A stretch of 64,000 nt of DNA from Candidatus Hermodarchaeum yapensis (GTDB taxonomy: Archaea > Asgardarchaeota > Hermodarchaeia > Hermodarchaeales > Hermodarchaeaceae), in NCBI GenBank assembly GCA_016840405.1, contig JAEOSK010000004.1:1-64000 (forward strand), written 5' to 3'. The notes under the pieces are model-generated. The model did no database searches. It saw nothing but the letters and a program-made list of their open reading frames with translations, and had not been told where the DNA came from. Of this stretch, positions 10,004 to 19,185 are shown piece by piece. Each line of letters opens with the position of its first letter. The first letter of the stretch is position 1. A program made the translations under genes and the position numbers.

Positions 10004-10547
10004 GCCTTTGTCCGTAACCGTATCCGATGCAGGGCCCCTAATCCATTTAGCTCAAATAAGCAAGTTACAGCTCCTTAAGCAGCTCTTCAAACGAGTACTA
10101 ATTACCTCAGGAGTTAGAAGAGAAGTCGTTGACAAGGGGATTAAACTTGGCTATGAAGATGCCCTCCTCGTCAAAGAGGCAATAGGAGAGGGATGGATAA
10201 TAATACAGGATATTACTGCGAAAGCTGCTTCAACGGCCAAAAAGCTAGCGGAAGGTGAAAATGTATCCACACTGGATGCTGAAGCGCTTTTACTTGCGAA
10301 GGAACATGAGGCAAAGAATTTCCTGGTCGATGACAAGATTCTCTCTAGCCTTGCAAAGATGTATGGATTTAATGTGTGGAATACCTGGACCATTTTATTA
10401 GAAGCCCTCAGTAAAGGCTTCATCGAACTCACGGACATAGAATCGGCAATCGACGAGCTAGGTGAGCAGAGACACAAGTTGAAAGCGGAACAAGCTGCTG
10501 AAATATTAAAAGCTGCGAAACATCTAGCATCACGAAAAAGAGATTAA
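9993..10547 (+). CDS. PIN-domain protein (DUF3368-like) toxin
   Basis: VSDAGPLIHLA, VRREV, DAEALLLA, LVDD. Confidence 0.85.
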   Translation: MGNRPLSVTVSDAGPLIHLAQISKLQLLKQLFKRVLITSGVRREVVDKGIKLGYEDALLVKEAIGEGWIIIQDITAKAASTAKKLAEGENVSTLDAEALLLAKEHEAKNFLVDDKILSSLAKMYGFNVWNTWTILLEALSKGFIELTDIESAIDELGEQRHKLKAEQAAEILKAAKHLASRKRD

Positions 10548-10590
10548 GAGCATTGGTATGTATCAGACCCCGTGCAATAAATTCCAAGAG

Positions 10591-10716
10591 TCTGGTGCTT
10601 TTTAAGGTTCGAGCAAGGAGTTTTCCCTGCTGTTATTGGCTTTTCTATTGAGTTTCGAAGACATATATGCTCTCCTTCATAAATGACGTGAAAGGTGATT
10701 TGGTTCACATCGTTAG
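10591..10716 (+). repeat. polarized intergenic repeat copy 5 (A+B, near consensus)
   Basis: TCTGGTGCTTTTTAAGGTTCGAGCAAG..GTTATTGGC-N13-TTCGAAGAC (10654-10662)-N22-GACGTGAAAGGTGATTTGGTTCACATCGTTAG. Confidence 0.9.
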
Positions 10717-10804
10717 TTACTGAAAGAAGTTAATCCAGTTGATGCTGAATCCGCGTATTTGTTCATCGTGGTATCTGCACGAAGACAAGTTGTCGTAGAG
10801 TGGT

Positions 10805-11746
10805 TTAGGGTTGAGGTTGGTAGGATAGTATTAGTTGGGTTTCTTCGACTTCTGGTTTTTGTTTGGCCAAAATGGATGCAGTTAATGAATTTGTTGAGAA
10901 GAAAATGGCTTCTCTTAATGGAAGATCGGTCCATCCTGCAGCTACAATTTCCTTGGCGAGTTCTATTAGCAGTCGTTTCCAAGCGTCTTGATAGCCTGGT
11001 CTGACGGCGCGGAATCTCATTATGATTCGTTCTTCCTTTCCTCTGAGAAAAATGCCATCGGGTTTCAGCCTGAGGGGGGCACTTGCGGCAACGACTTGGT
11101 CTCCTTTGAAAACCATTACGGCGTGGCCGTCTTTTAGAACTCTGTCTTTAAAATAGCTCTCCCACGCTTCTTGGGTTGGGAAGGCATTTCGTACGTTGGA
11201 ATCAGCCTGGCAGACTTCAATCAGCCGATCAACATCTTTACTCGTGGCCACTCGACTACTAAAAGCACTGATATCTTTGGTTAGTTTCCATCCACTAACC
11301 TCCGTAACATCATAGTCAAGGGCATAGAGGAACACCCTTTCTTTCTCGGTGAAGCCTTTCTCTTTGAAAAACCGGATTTGCTCTTCCGCTATCTTTGACG
11401 ACCAAGCCACTCCGGTAGTGATTTCTTGGATTTTTTCATTACGTTTGATGTAGCTAATTAGGTCCTTGAAAAGCTTCCCCTGGACATCGGAGGGGCATCC
11501 GTGTAAAGACCAGGGATAACCCATGCCAATCGTCCAAGGTTGGGACTCAGAGCCACTTGCTGAAATGTAGGCGAGGGGGTCGTCTTTTTCAGTGAATGCA
11601 AACCGCATCAGTTTTGGATCACTATTTAGTGCCTGCACTCTGATTTGGTCCGCGGTTGCGGGAAGACCCGAAGCTGTGGTGTAAATCTTTGCCCTTATTT
11701 CTTCTAAGTTCTGCTCTGGTTCATAATGACGATAAATGACTTTCAT
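10805..11746 (-). CDS. hypothetical protein, probable tandem GNAT fold
   Basis: Two GNAT-like halves (FFKEKGF; AVRPGYQDAWKRLL). Confidence 0.6.
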   Translation of the reverse strand: MKVIYRHYEPEQNLEEIRAKIYTTASGLPATADQIRVQALNSDPKLMRFAFTEKDDPLAYISASGSESQPWTIGMGYPWSLHGCPSDVQGKLFKDLISYIKRNEKIQEITTGVAWSSKIAEEQIRFFKEKGFTEKERVFLYALDYDVTEVSGWKLTKDISAFSSRVATSKDVDRLIEVCQADSNVRNAFPTQEAWESYFKDRVLKDGHAVMVFKGDQVVAASAPLRLKPDGIFLRGKEERIIMRFRAVRPGYQDAWKRLLIELAKEIVAAGWTDLPLREAIFFSTNSLTASILAKQKPEVEETQLILSYQPQP

Positions 11747-11994
11747 GTATTATCAACCTCCTTGGCGACCGTCTTAAAGACAGCCATTCTTAAGATACGG
11801 GCATTATGTATCACGAATGGCTAAAACAATCTCAGGTATTGAGAAGATTAATTTCTACAGTTATAAAAACATGATGAAATCGGATGCATATTATTGTCTG
11901 AAAAACTGCGAACTCCACTATTGCTCCTTTTCATCGGAACCTTTCTTTCAATTGAAGATAACAAAGGTTAAATTACATTCAATCTCGAAGCCTG

Positions 11995-12813
11995 GTGGAG
12001 GTACCTGAATTGAATAATTCTTCGTCTGAAGATGAGCTGAAGCCTAAAACGTGGGGTGGGTTTTGGGATATCTTTGGTGAGGTTCTTGTTGACCTCTTAG
12101 ATATTCCGGAGGGGCAGCGTGTTTTGGACATTGGCACTGGTGGGGGTTCAGTGCTCTACCCCCTTTCGAAAAAAATCGGCGCACCGGGACGTGTCATTGG
12201 TGTCGAAACGTGTGATCATTGTGTGAGAAAAACCAATGCGGAAATCAAGCGATGTAAGATTGGCAATTCAGTTGTGCACAGCATGGATGCGCGTGAAGCG
12301 GATTTCGAGGACCACTCGTTTGATTGCGTCACAGCCGGATTCATTGGGTGGGACGATTACTTTGACTTTCAGACGCTTGAGTACAAGAAACCCGATGAGC
12401 TGATGGGGGCAATATGTAGACTTCTAAAACCTAAAGGGACATTTGGCATGAGTACGTGGCTCCTACAGGAGGATCTGGATTGGATGTATGGGTTCCTCTC
12501 AGCGCAGTCAATTGAGTGCAAACGCAATTACCATGTTGAGAATGAGAAAGGATGGAAAAAGATTCTATCAATAGCCGGATTCCAGAATATACACGGTTAC
12601 ACCCGACAGGCTTCATTCACTTATGATACTCTTTATTTCTGGTGGAAAGAGATGATGGACTATAATTGGCCGGTTACCGGCATAAACAGTGATGTGATTA
12701 CTGAATCCATAAAGGCAGCAGCGTTTGAATCATTACAGGGGCGGTTGACGGAGACTGGCGGAATACCCTTCAGGCGTGATGCCCTCTTTGTGATTGCAAT
12801 CCGCCAGGCGTAG
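11995..12813 (+). CDS. class I SAM-dependent methyltransferase
   Basis: VLDIGTGGG, MDA, FDCV, RLLKPKG. Confidence 0.85.
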   Translation: MEVPELNNSSSEDELKPKTWGGFWDIFGEVLVDLLDIPEGQRVLDIGTGGGSVLYPLSKKIGAPGRVIGVETCDHCVRKTNAEIKRCKIGNSVVHSMDAREADFEDHSFDCVTAGFIGWDDYFDFQTLEYKKPDELMGAICRLLKPKGTFGMSTWLLQEDLDWMYGFLSAQSIECKRNYHVENEKGWKKILSIAGFQNIHGYTRQASFTYDTLYFWWKEMMDYNWPVTGINSDVITESIKAAAFESLQGRLTETGGIPFRRDALFVIAIRQA

Positions 12814-12947
12814 CTCACTATGAAGCCATATTTCCTGGCAAATCAATTAAACTAGATGAATTATTCCCGTTATAGACTTGAATTTCAGTTAGTTTTGGAA
12901 GGCTTTTATTCAATGTTCACGCATGCCTAGCTGGAGGGTCTAAGGTA

Positions 12948-13826
12948 GTGCGATTCTTCGTTGGATTGTATACAAATTGGATGAATGAGTGGCCGGCTAT
13001 TGAAGAGGTTGTGATGGCTGCCGATCGCTTGGGATTTGATGGCGTTGTGATGCCAGACCATTATATGTTCAGTAAAGAAGTTATGGGGATCCGTCCGGAT
13101 CGAAATGCCACCTTGGAGTCGTGGATTGCATTAGCGGTCCTTGCGAGTCGGACAGAGCGAGTGCGGTTGGGAACATTAGTATCGCCCATTCCATTGCGTC
13201 CACCGGGATTACTGGCAAAGATGGTGACCACGGTGGATGTCTTTTCAAAAGGTCGGGTAGTCTTAGGAGTGGGCGCCGGATGGTCAGATGTCGAATTCGA
13301 AGGGTATAGTGTATGGGATTCATCAAAGGTACGCGTTGATAAGGTTGAAGAGGGCGTGGAATTGATGCGCCGCTTATGGACCGAGGACGCAGTGTCTTTT
13401 GAGGGGAAGTATTACCAGACGAAGAATGCGGTATTGGAACCAAAACCGGTGCAACAACCCCATCCAACGCTGCTCTTTGGAGGGCATAAAAACCGAATGC
13501 TGAGGCTAGCCGGTCGGTTTGCTGATATTGCATATATCAAAACCGCTGAAGAAAATCTAGATTTGGAATGCGAACTCTTTGAGGAGAAAAAGGCGAAGGT
13601 GCTACAAAGTGCCAAGGAACATAAACGCAGCAATAGGCTGGCATTTATGTTTGGGAGTTTTCATTTTCATCTCTTATATAATGCATTTGATGTGAATGAG
13701 TGTCGGGGCCGGGTGGAAGCCGCGGAAAAGGTGGGTGCCCAGTTTTTTTTGACCCCATTTCCAGCTGGAAGACAAGTTGAAGCGATGAAACAGTTTGCAA
13801 AAGAGATTATGCCATCATATCGGTAG
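12948..13826 (+). CDS. LLM-class (F420-dependent) oxidoreductase
   Basis: GFDGVVMPDH, RLGTLVSP, GRVVLGVGAGW, PKPVQQPHP. Confidence 0.9.
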   Translation: MRFFVGLYTNWMNEWPAIEEVVMAADRLGFDGVVMPDHYMFSKEVMGIRPDRNATLESWIALAVLASRTERVRLGTLVSPIPLRPPGLLAKMVTTVDVFSKGRVVLGVGAGWSDVEFEGYSVWDSSKVRVDKVEEGVELMRRLWTEDAVSFEGKYYQTKNAVLEPKPVQQPHPTLLFGGHKNRMLRLAGRFADIAYIKTAEENLDLECELFEEKKAKVLQSAKEHKRSNRLAFMFGSFHFHLLYNAFDVNECRGRVEAAEKVGAQFFLTPFPAGRQVEAMKQFAKEIMPSYR

Positions 13827-13859
13827 GCACTAAATTCGTCTAGTCATCAATTCGTGAAG

Positions 13860-13959
13860 AAAACAATTTTTCTGTGTTACCGGCTTTTTAACAACTATTC
13901 GAAGACGTATTTTTCTTCTAGATCGTATCATGTGAAACAAATCCTCCTTCACGTCGTTT
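13860..13959 (+). repeat. polarized intergenic repeat copy 6 (A+B with inverted B core)
   Basis: GTTACCGGC-N13-TTCGAAGAC (13898-13906)-N22-CATGTGAA-ACAAATCCTCC-TTCACGTCGTT. Confidence 0.85.
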
Positions 13960-13994
13960 GAAAGAAATAGTAAGTAAACCAAACTTGGCGCGAT

Positions 13995-15188
13995 TTAGGG
14001 GCCTTCATGTAAGTACTTGAGTAACTGCGTTTTATTCATGTTAGCGATTCCTAGATCCTTGAGGGTGACGCCTTTTTGAAAAAAGTCTATTTTCGCCATT
14101 ACTGAGGCGAGTTTAATGAATGACTCGATAATTGGTGTCTCGACGCCGAACTTCTTGCCTAGTTCATAGAAGAGGTGGCATCCTACGGGTACATCCTCGG
14201 TGATGTACCTGTTGTGAATGTCATAGGGCCCGGTGGCCTTGAGGAGATGGAATTGCTCAGTAAATGGCACGACTACATCGGGACCCATAAATTCTGCGCC
14301 CAGTATGTTTGTTCGTGAAAAGAAGTCTTGTTTGTTAAAGGGTTGGATCTCGACTCCTATGGCTTCGGCGATTCGGCGTTCCTCTTGGTAGAAGGCGTAT
14401 TGGACTTCTGAAATGGATGGGCAGTACGCGTGGGAGTATATTGAGAAATCGTATTTGTCGTGTCCAAATATTACGCCCCAGTTTTCCATTACGCCGACAC
14501 CGAGTATGGTGCCGGGGACATGTAGCATGGGGTTGACGTTGCTCAGTCCGATATCGATGACGGTGTCGCCTTCAACAGGATGGACAACCGTATCTAAGGG
14601 GGGAAAATATTTTGCGGATTCAAAAAAGGCAGGTTGGTCTGCAGAGGGAAGGGCAGCACCCCGCAGCGTGATTGCGCGATACAGAAGATTCAGTTCTGGG
14701 AGTTTTACGCCGCCTTCGGTTTTAATGCGTACACCGTATGGTTGGCTTGACCATTCGCCGATGATGACCTTTTTGTCACATCCCGCCTCGTGCATCATCT
14801 TTCGTAATAATAGGGATCCAAAATTTCCTGTACAGAAGTGAATGACCATGCCGTCTTTTAGATGTGGGATTAGCCTCTCGAAAAACGCTTTGAATCCAAT
14901 AGCGGGAATACTCACAGAAATAATTCCGGCGCCGTCAACCGCTTCCTTCATATTGGTGGTGATCGTGTCAATTTTCGCGAGACCGTCACGCTTGAAGCCG
15001 TATAAATTTACTTGAGGTCCTGCAAGCCGTAGTTCTCGGGTCTCGAGAATTTTTCCTAAATCCTTGGCAAATTCAGGTACCTCGTATAAGCGAACTTCAC
15101 GTCCGGCTAACGCACAATCTGCTGCTTGACATCGTCCTGTGGCGCCTCCTCCTAGAATGGCAATGGGTTTATCTTTCAAGTGTTTCAT
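13995..15188 (-). CDS. NAD/NADP opine (octopine/nopaline) dehydrogenase family protein
   Basis: ILGGGATG Rossmann motif, LSNVNPMLH, RYITEDVPVG, GVETPII. Confidence 0.9.
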   Translation of the reverse strand: MKHLKDKPIAILGGGATGRCQAADCALAGREVRLYEVPEFAKDLGKILETRELRLAGPQVNLYGFKRDGLAKIDTITTNMKEAVDGAGIISVSIPAIGFKAFFERLIPHLKDGMVIHFCTGNFGSLLLRKMMHEAGCDKKVIIGEWSSQPYGVRIKTEGGVKLPELNLLYRAITLRGAALPSADQPAFFESAKYFPPLDTVVHPVEGDTVIDIGLSNVNPMLHVPGTILGVGVMENWGVIFGHDKYDFSIYSHAYCPSISEVQYAFYQEERRIAEAIGVEIQPFNKQDFFSRTNILGAEFMGPDVVVPFTEQFHLLKATGPYDIHNRYITEDVPVGCHLFYELGKKFGVETPIIESFIKLASVMAKIDFFQKGVTLKDLGIANMNKTQLLKYLHEGP

Positions 15189-15647
15189 GAGAATCAGCTC
15201 AAGGCGATAACTGTCCTAAGTCAGTGGGGGCATTGACCGCTCCCAACTTGTTCTAAGAGTTTAAATAGGCTCTGTCGACGAAAACCACTAGCCACACCAA
15301 CCAGCGACCAGCCTCCCTCTCGCGCCGGCGTGGTGGTAATCCGTTGACGTAGGTCACAGCGGGTCCGGAGTGTTCTAAACCTCCCAGACGTACCGCGTCC
15401 TACAACCGCAGGACGTGATGAACAAGCTCCCATTTCCAATTGGTGGTAGTTGACTCAAAATATCAGACTTAATCAAATCACGCCTATTGTGCCCAGCCTA
15501 TTTTTTAATCCAAAAGTTTTTGATTTAGTAGTGCTTATCGGTTTTCAGAGGAAATGGTGATGGTGAAGCAAATCTGTGTTAGAAATATCAAGGCTATCCG
15601 TCATGCATTTCAAATATGATCTGAAAGGTGAGAAAACGTCTAACGTA

Positions 15648-15818
15648 GTGAAATGCCCTAAATGCGGTGAAAAACGGAAACTCCGTCTCATGTTGTTAGA
15701 TACACCTGAAAACAGAAAGAAGGAACAACAAGATCCTGATGGAATTCTCTTAGTCGCTTCAAAGGCGTTTGATGGAAAAATGGAATGTATGAAGTGTAGA
15801 CACTTTTGGACCCCATAA
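15648..15818 (+). CDS. small zinc-finger protein
   Basis: CPKC...CMKC pairs; start uncertain (ORF track gives 15576). Confidence 0.55.
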   Translation: MKCPKCGEKRKLRLMLLDTPENRKKEQQDPDGILLVASKAFDGKMECMKCRHFWTP

Positions 15819-15968
15819 TTTTTTGGTGTTCTCAATAGTGAAAAACGGCTTGTTTTTCATGGCTGATTATTAATAATGAAAATACTGCCTTCAAGAATTG
15901 CCAATCATGCATAAAGGTGACTTAATACACTCGACTTGAATGGATTAAGGCAACACGGGTTTCTATTG

Positions 15969-16020
15969 GAGCAAACGCTTTTTCTGGTTGTAATACGCCA
16001 TTCTCTTAGACTTCGAAGAC
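15969..16020 (+). repeat. polarized intergenic repeat copy 7 (A only)
   Basis: GAGCAAACGCTTTTTC..GTAATACGC-N13-TTCGAAGAC. Confidence 0.85.
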
Positions 16021-16132
16021 ATATTTGTCTTTATAGAAACGAAGTATTTTGAATTAATTATCAGGGCTAGGTATTGAGGGCTTGATGATTGCTAGAATAC
16101 GTTTTATAAGTGAAGTATCGAATCCTTGCGTA

Positions 16133-16534
16133 ATGATGGTTAAAGATATCCGAAATGTAGCTGGTCGAGTTTTTGCGAACCGTCCCGAGGTTAGTGTAGC
16201 TTATATCTTTGGGTCGTTTCTAAAAAGTAAAATTTTCAAAGACATCGATATAGGTCTTTTACTGGAAGAGAATTTCCAACCGGATGCATTGTATGAAGCC
16301 CAACTTGCAGGGCAATTTGAGAAGGAGCTGGGAGAATCCTTTGATATCCGGATTTTAAATGACCGCCCCTTGCGTTTTCTTTTTTATATCCTGCGGGATG
16401 CTAAACTGGTTTATGTTCGGGATGAGCAGCAGCGGATCAGATTTGAGCAACGCGTGTTGATCCAATATATGGATTTCAAAACATACCACGACTTATTCGA
16501 GGAGCACCGGAGGGCGCAATATGTCAATAGATAA
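16133..16534 (+). CDS. MNT minimal nucleotidyltransferase antitoxin (MntA-like)
   Basis: YIFGS..DIDIG motif; overlaps the HEPN gene; TTTTATAAG about 25 nt upstream of ATG 16133. Confidence 0.88.
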   Translation: MMVKDIRNVAGRVFANRPEVSVAYIFGSFLKSKIFKDIDIGLLLEENFQPDALYEAQLAGQFEKELGESFDIRILNDRPLRFLFYILRDAKLVYVRDEQQRIRFEQRVLIQYMDFKTYHDLFEEHRRAQYVNR

Positions 16535-16946
16535 GGCGATGATTGAGGGCAAGATTGACATCATCGAGCGGAATTTAGAATTCCTCGCAACATACAAGCA
16601 GGTAACTGAGAAGGAGTTCATTCAGAGTTACAAGGATGTTCAAGCTGTCAAGTATTCGTTGCTTGAGATTATTGAAGCGTGTATTGACCTCGCTTCGCAT
16701 ATCTCGGTTGCTCGAAACTTCGAACGTGCAGAGAGCTATGCAGAGATTTTTGAAATTCTGGCAAAACAGAAAATTCTCCCTGCTCAACTCGCAGCAAAAC
16801 TGGCAGATATGGCGCGATTTAGAAATCTGCTCGTTCATAGTTATGGGAAAGTTGATAATGTCAGAGTATTAGAATTTGTGAAAACAGAATTAAACGACAT
16901 CAAAAGGTTCATAAAACGCATTTTAAAGCATGTGGAAAATTCATAA
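16521..16946 (+). CDS. HEPN/DUF86 ribonuclease toxin (HepT-like)
   Basis: RNLLVHSY (RX4HXY) motif; IEACIDLASH. Confidence 0.9.
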   Translation: MSIDKAMIEGKIDIIERNLEFLATYKQVTEKEFIQSYKDVQAVKYSLLEIIEACIDLASHISVARNFERAESYAEIFEILAKQKILPAQLAAKLADMARFRNLLVHSYGKVDNVRVLEFVKTELNDIKRFIKRILKHVENS

Positions 16947-16987
16947 TCCTTCACATTTTAGAGAACTAATCTCACCTCGCCGTCGAA

Positions 16988-17059
16988 TCTGGTGCCTTTT
17001 AAGGTTCGAGCAAACCGTTTTCCTTGTTGTTATTTGCTTTTCTATTGGATTTCGAAGAC
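16988..17059 (+). repeat. polarized intergenic repeat copy 8 (A only)
   Basis: TCTGGTGCCTTTTAAGGTTCGAGCAAACCGTTTTCC..GTTATTTGC-N13-TTCGAAGAC; closely matches copy 5. Confidence 0.9.
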
Positions 17060-17327
17060 ATAATTGTGATTTATTCTGACCTCAATTTTCTGAGTCTTCA
17101 AGCGTTTTAGCAGGTTTGATAACAAGCCCTGTCATATCTTGAAGTTTTTCTTATTTTCTTAGATTATGCCGCTTTGTTGTTTCTATCAATATATTGGATT
17201 TGAGATTGGACTGCCTTATAGTACTTCCCTCCAAGCCAAACACAAACAAACAATCATCATCCTCATTTTCACATTACACTCAGTAAGTGAACTACCCCGA
17301 CCTGAAGGACCGGGTCTTCTCGAGGTC

Positions 17328-18614
17328 TTAGATAAGCGGCACTAGTAGCAAGATATAGAGTGAGCATAAAACAATCGAGATGATGTTCACGAGTATCCCG
17401 ATAATGAGAAAAGCGCGTATAGACATCTTGGAATTCTTGAAATTCGTCATTGAAACAATTAACATGGGTACCGTTCCAAAGGGACTTGCTGTTCCGCCCA
17501 AGGAGGCCCCAAATCCTATCCCCCAGAAAAGGGGGTCCCGTATCCCTATAGTCCAACCCATTACTATCGCCATTTCGACTGCAAGTGGTGCAAATGTGGT
17601 TGTCATGGGTGACCCTCCAATGACGAAGGCGCCGAGCCATGTTACCCATAACATCATCAATGAAGCTGGTATCAATTGTCCGCCACTCGCTTGTAAGATT
17701 CCTTCTGAAATGACTCTGAGAATGCCTACATACTCTAAGGCGCCTGAGAGAATGAATAGACCGCCGATGTAAAAGATGATGGTCCATTCTACGTCGCGTA
17801 GACTCGTCCGTGGGTCAGCATGACTTACAATCATAAAAACCATCATTCCTGCAAGCGCCACTACATATACCTGAGGAAATATTGCAAATGCCACGATAAG
17901 TATGCCAAAGAGACCGGCATACACCCAAAATAATCGGCGATTCGGAACCATCATCCATGGATCGAAATCCATTACTAGCTCAAACACCTCTTTATCCACT
18001 GTGACCAATTGGCTCCGAATAATTAAAAACACTGCAACTAGCGTCACAATCAGCACTATTATTGCCAACCCCGCAAATTGCAGGATGTAGTAGGCAAAAT
18101 CAAATCCTGCGTAATTAGCAACGATTACATTTGACGATGTTCCAATTAGGGTGAAGGCTCCACCAACGCCTACTGCTAACATCTCTCCCAGTAAGAACGC
18201 ATGGGGTTTTAGTTTCAGAGCCTGACATGTTAAAATCGTCAAATATCCTATTATTAAGATTACCACCGTACTCATAAGCACCGTTGACAAGCCCGCGGTA
18301 AGTAAGCAAAATAAGACGAAGAGCTTTTTCGGATCGCCTCGAGTCAGTCGGATGAAATGGACGGCGAGAAACTGAAACACCCCTGCACCCCGTATCACTT
18401 CAGCTACGACTGTCATCGCTGTAATAACAAGAATTGGCTCTAAGCGCACCATTGTCAAAATCTCTTGGCCCGGTACCCCCCGTGTTATGAGCGCAATCGA
18501 TGCCAACACCGCCCCAATCATCGCAGCCGTCGTATAATGTACCATACGTGTCACAATCAGCAACACCGTCAAGAGAAAAATTAGTAAAATCAGCAGCCAT
18601 AGCTCCAACTTCAA
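17328..18614 (-). CDS. ArsB/NhaD/SLC13 (P-protein-like) permease
   Basis: About 12 TMs, GGAFTLIGTSSNV, VEWTIIFYIGGLFIL, GASLGGTASPFG. Confidence 0.85.
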   Translation of the reverse strand: MKLELWLLILLIFLLTVLLIVTRMVHYTTAAMIGAVLASIALITRGVPGQEILTMVRLEPILVITAMTVVAEVIRGAGVFQFLAVHFIRLTRGDPKKLFVLFCLLTAGLSTVLMSTVVILIIGYLTILTCQALKLKPHAFLLGEMLAVGVGGAFTLIGTSSNVIVANYAGFDFAYYILQFAGLAIIVLIVTLVAVFLIIRSQLVTVDKEVFELVMDFDPWMMVPNRRLFWVYAGLFGILIVAFAIFPQVYVVALAGMMVFMIVSHADPRTSLRDVEWTIIFYIGGLFILSGALEYVGILRVISEGILQASGGQLIPASLMMLWVTWLGAFVIGGSPMTTTFAPLAVEMAIVMGWTIGIRDPLFWGIGFGASLGGTASPFGTVPMLIVSMTNFKNSKMSIRAFLIIGILVNIISIVLCSLYILLLVPLI

Positions 18615-18879
18615 TCACCTCCTCCTATTGTTCATATTGTACGATCAGGCTCTGTTTTAATGCACCTTGCTTGCATAGGGGTACAATATAAGTTAAACTT
18701 GTGGTGAACCGACGAAGGCATGAGGAACCGGTTACTAATAGGCAACATGTTTAGGTATTATCCTCACTATTAGCAAGTACCGACAAATTTTCTGCACCCT
18801 GCCACCTAGATGCCGCTAGACTAACTTGTTGTAGGATTTGTAAATATAGTTAGAAGACGTTGTAGCTTTGGGAGGAAAA

Positions 18880-18949
18880 TGTTCCTTTTTAAGGCTCGAG
18901 CAGACCATTTTTACGTGCGCTATGTGCCATTTAGCGGGATTTCGAAGAC
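18880..18949 (+). repeat. polarized intergenic repeat copy 9 (part A)
   Basis: CCTTTTTAAGGCTCGAGCAG..GCTATGTGC-N13-TTCGAAGAC. Confidence 0.85.
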
Positions 18950-19142
18950 ATATCTGCTGAAAAAACACTGAGGAAATAACAGACTGGTCTCTAGAACCCT
19001 CCGGGGGGATCGTAATTTCTTATTTTGTTAAAAGAAGTTTGAACTTCCTATTATTACTAAGATAACAACGAAAAGACTTATGCGAATTAATTCACATTTC
19101 AATAGTATTAGATTCCTTTGCGGCTTCACAGTCTCAGAGTCA

Positions 19143-19173
19143 ATGTGAAAGATGATTTGTTTCACGTCGTTAG
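19143..19173 (+). repeat. detached part B palindrome of copy 9
   Basis: ATGTGAAAGATGATTTGTTTCACGTCGTTAG, about 190 nt from part A. Confidence 0.85.
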
Positions 19174-19185
19174 GGTTGATTTTGT

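Noticed and set aside
10606-10613. GGTTCGA resembling a tRNA T-loop (also at 17003)
   Set aside because: No T-stem or cloverleaf, and the motif is not conserved in other copies
10591-10716. Canonical integron attC site
   Set aside because: B is only ~37 bp, has no extrahelical bases and does not consistently match RYYYAAC/GTTRRRY; adjacent genes lie on both strands; no IntI in the window
18851-18860. Weak GAAGAC look-alikes (18853, 10780, 48574) and a half B arm at 47174
   Set aside because: They lack the fixed-spacing upstream blocks, so were not counted as copies
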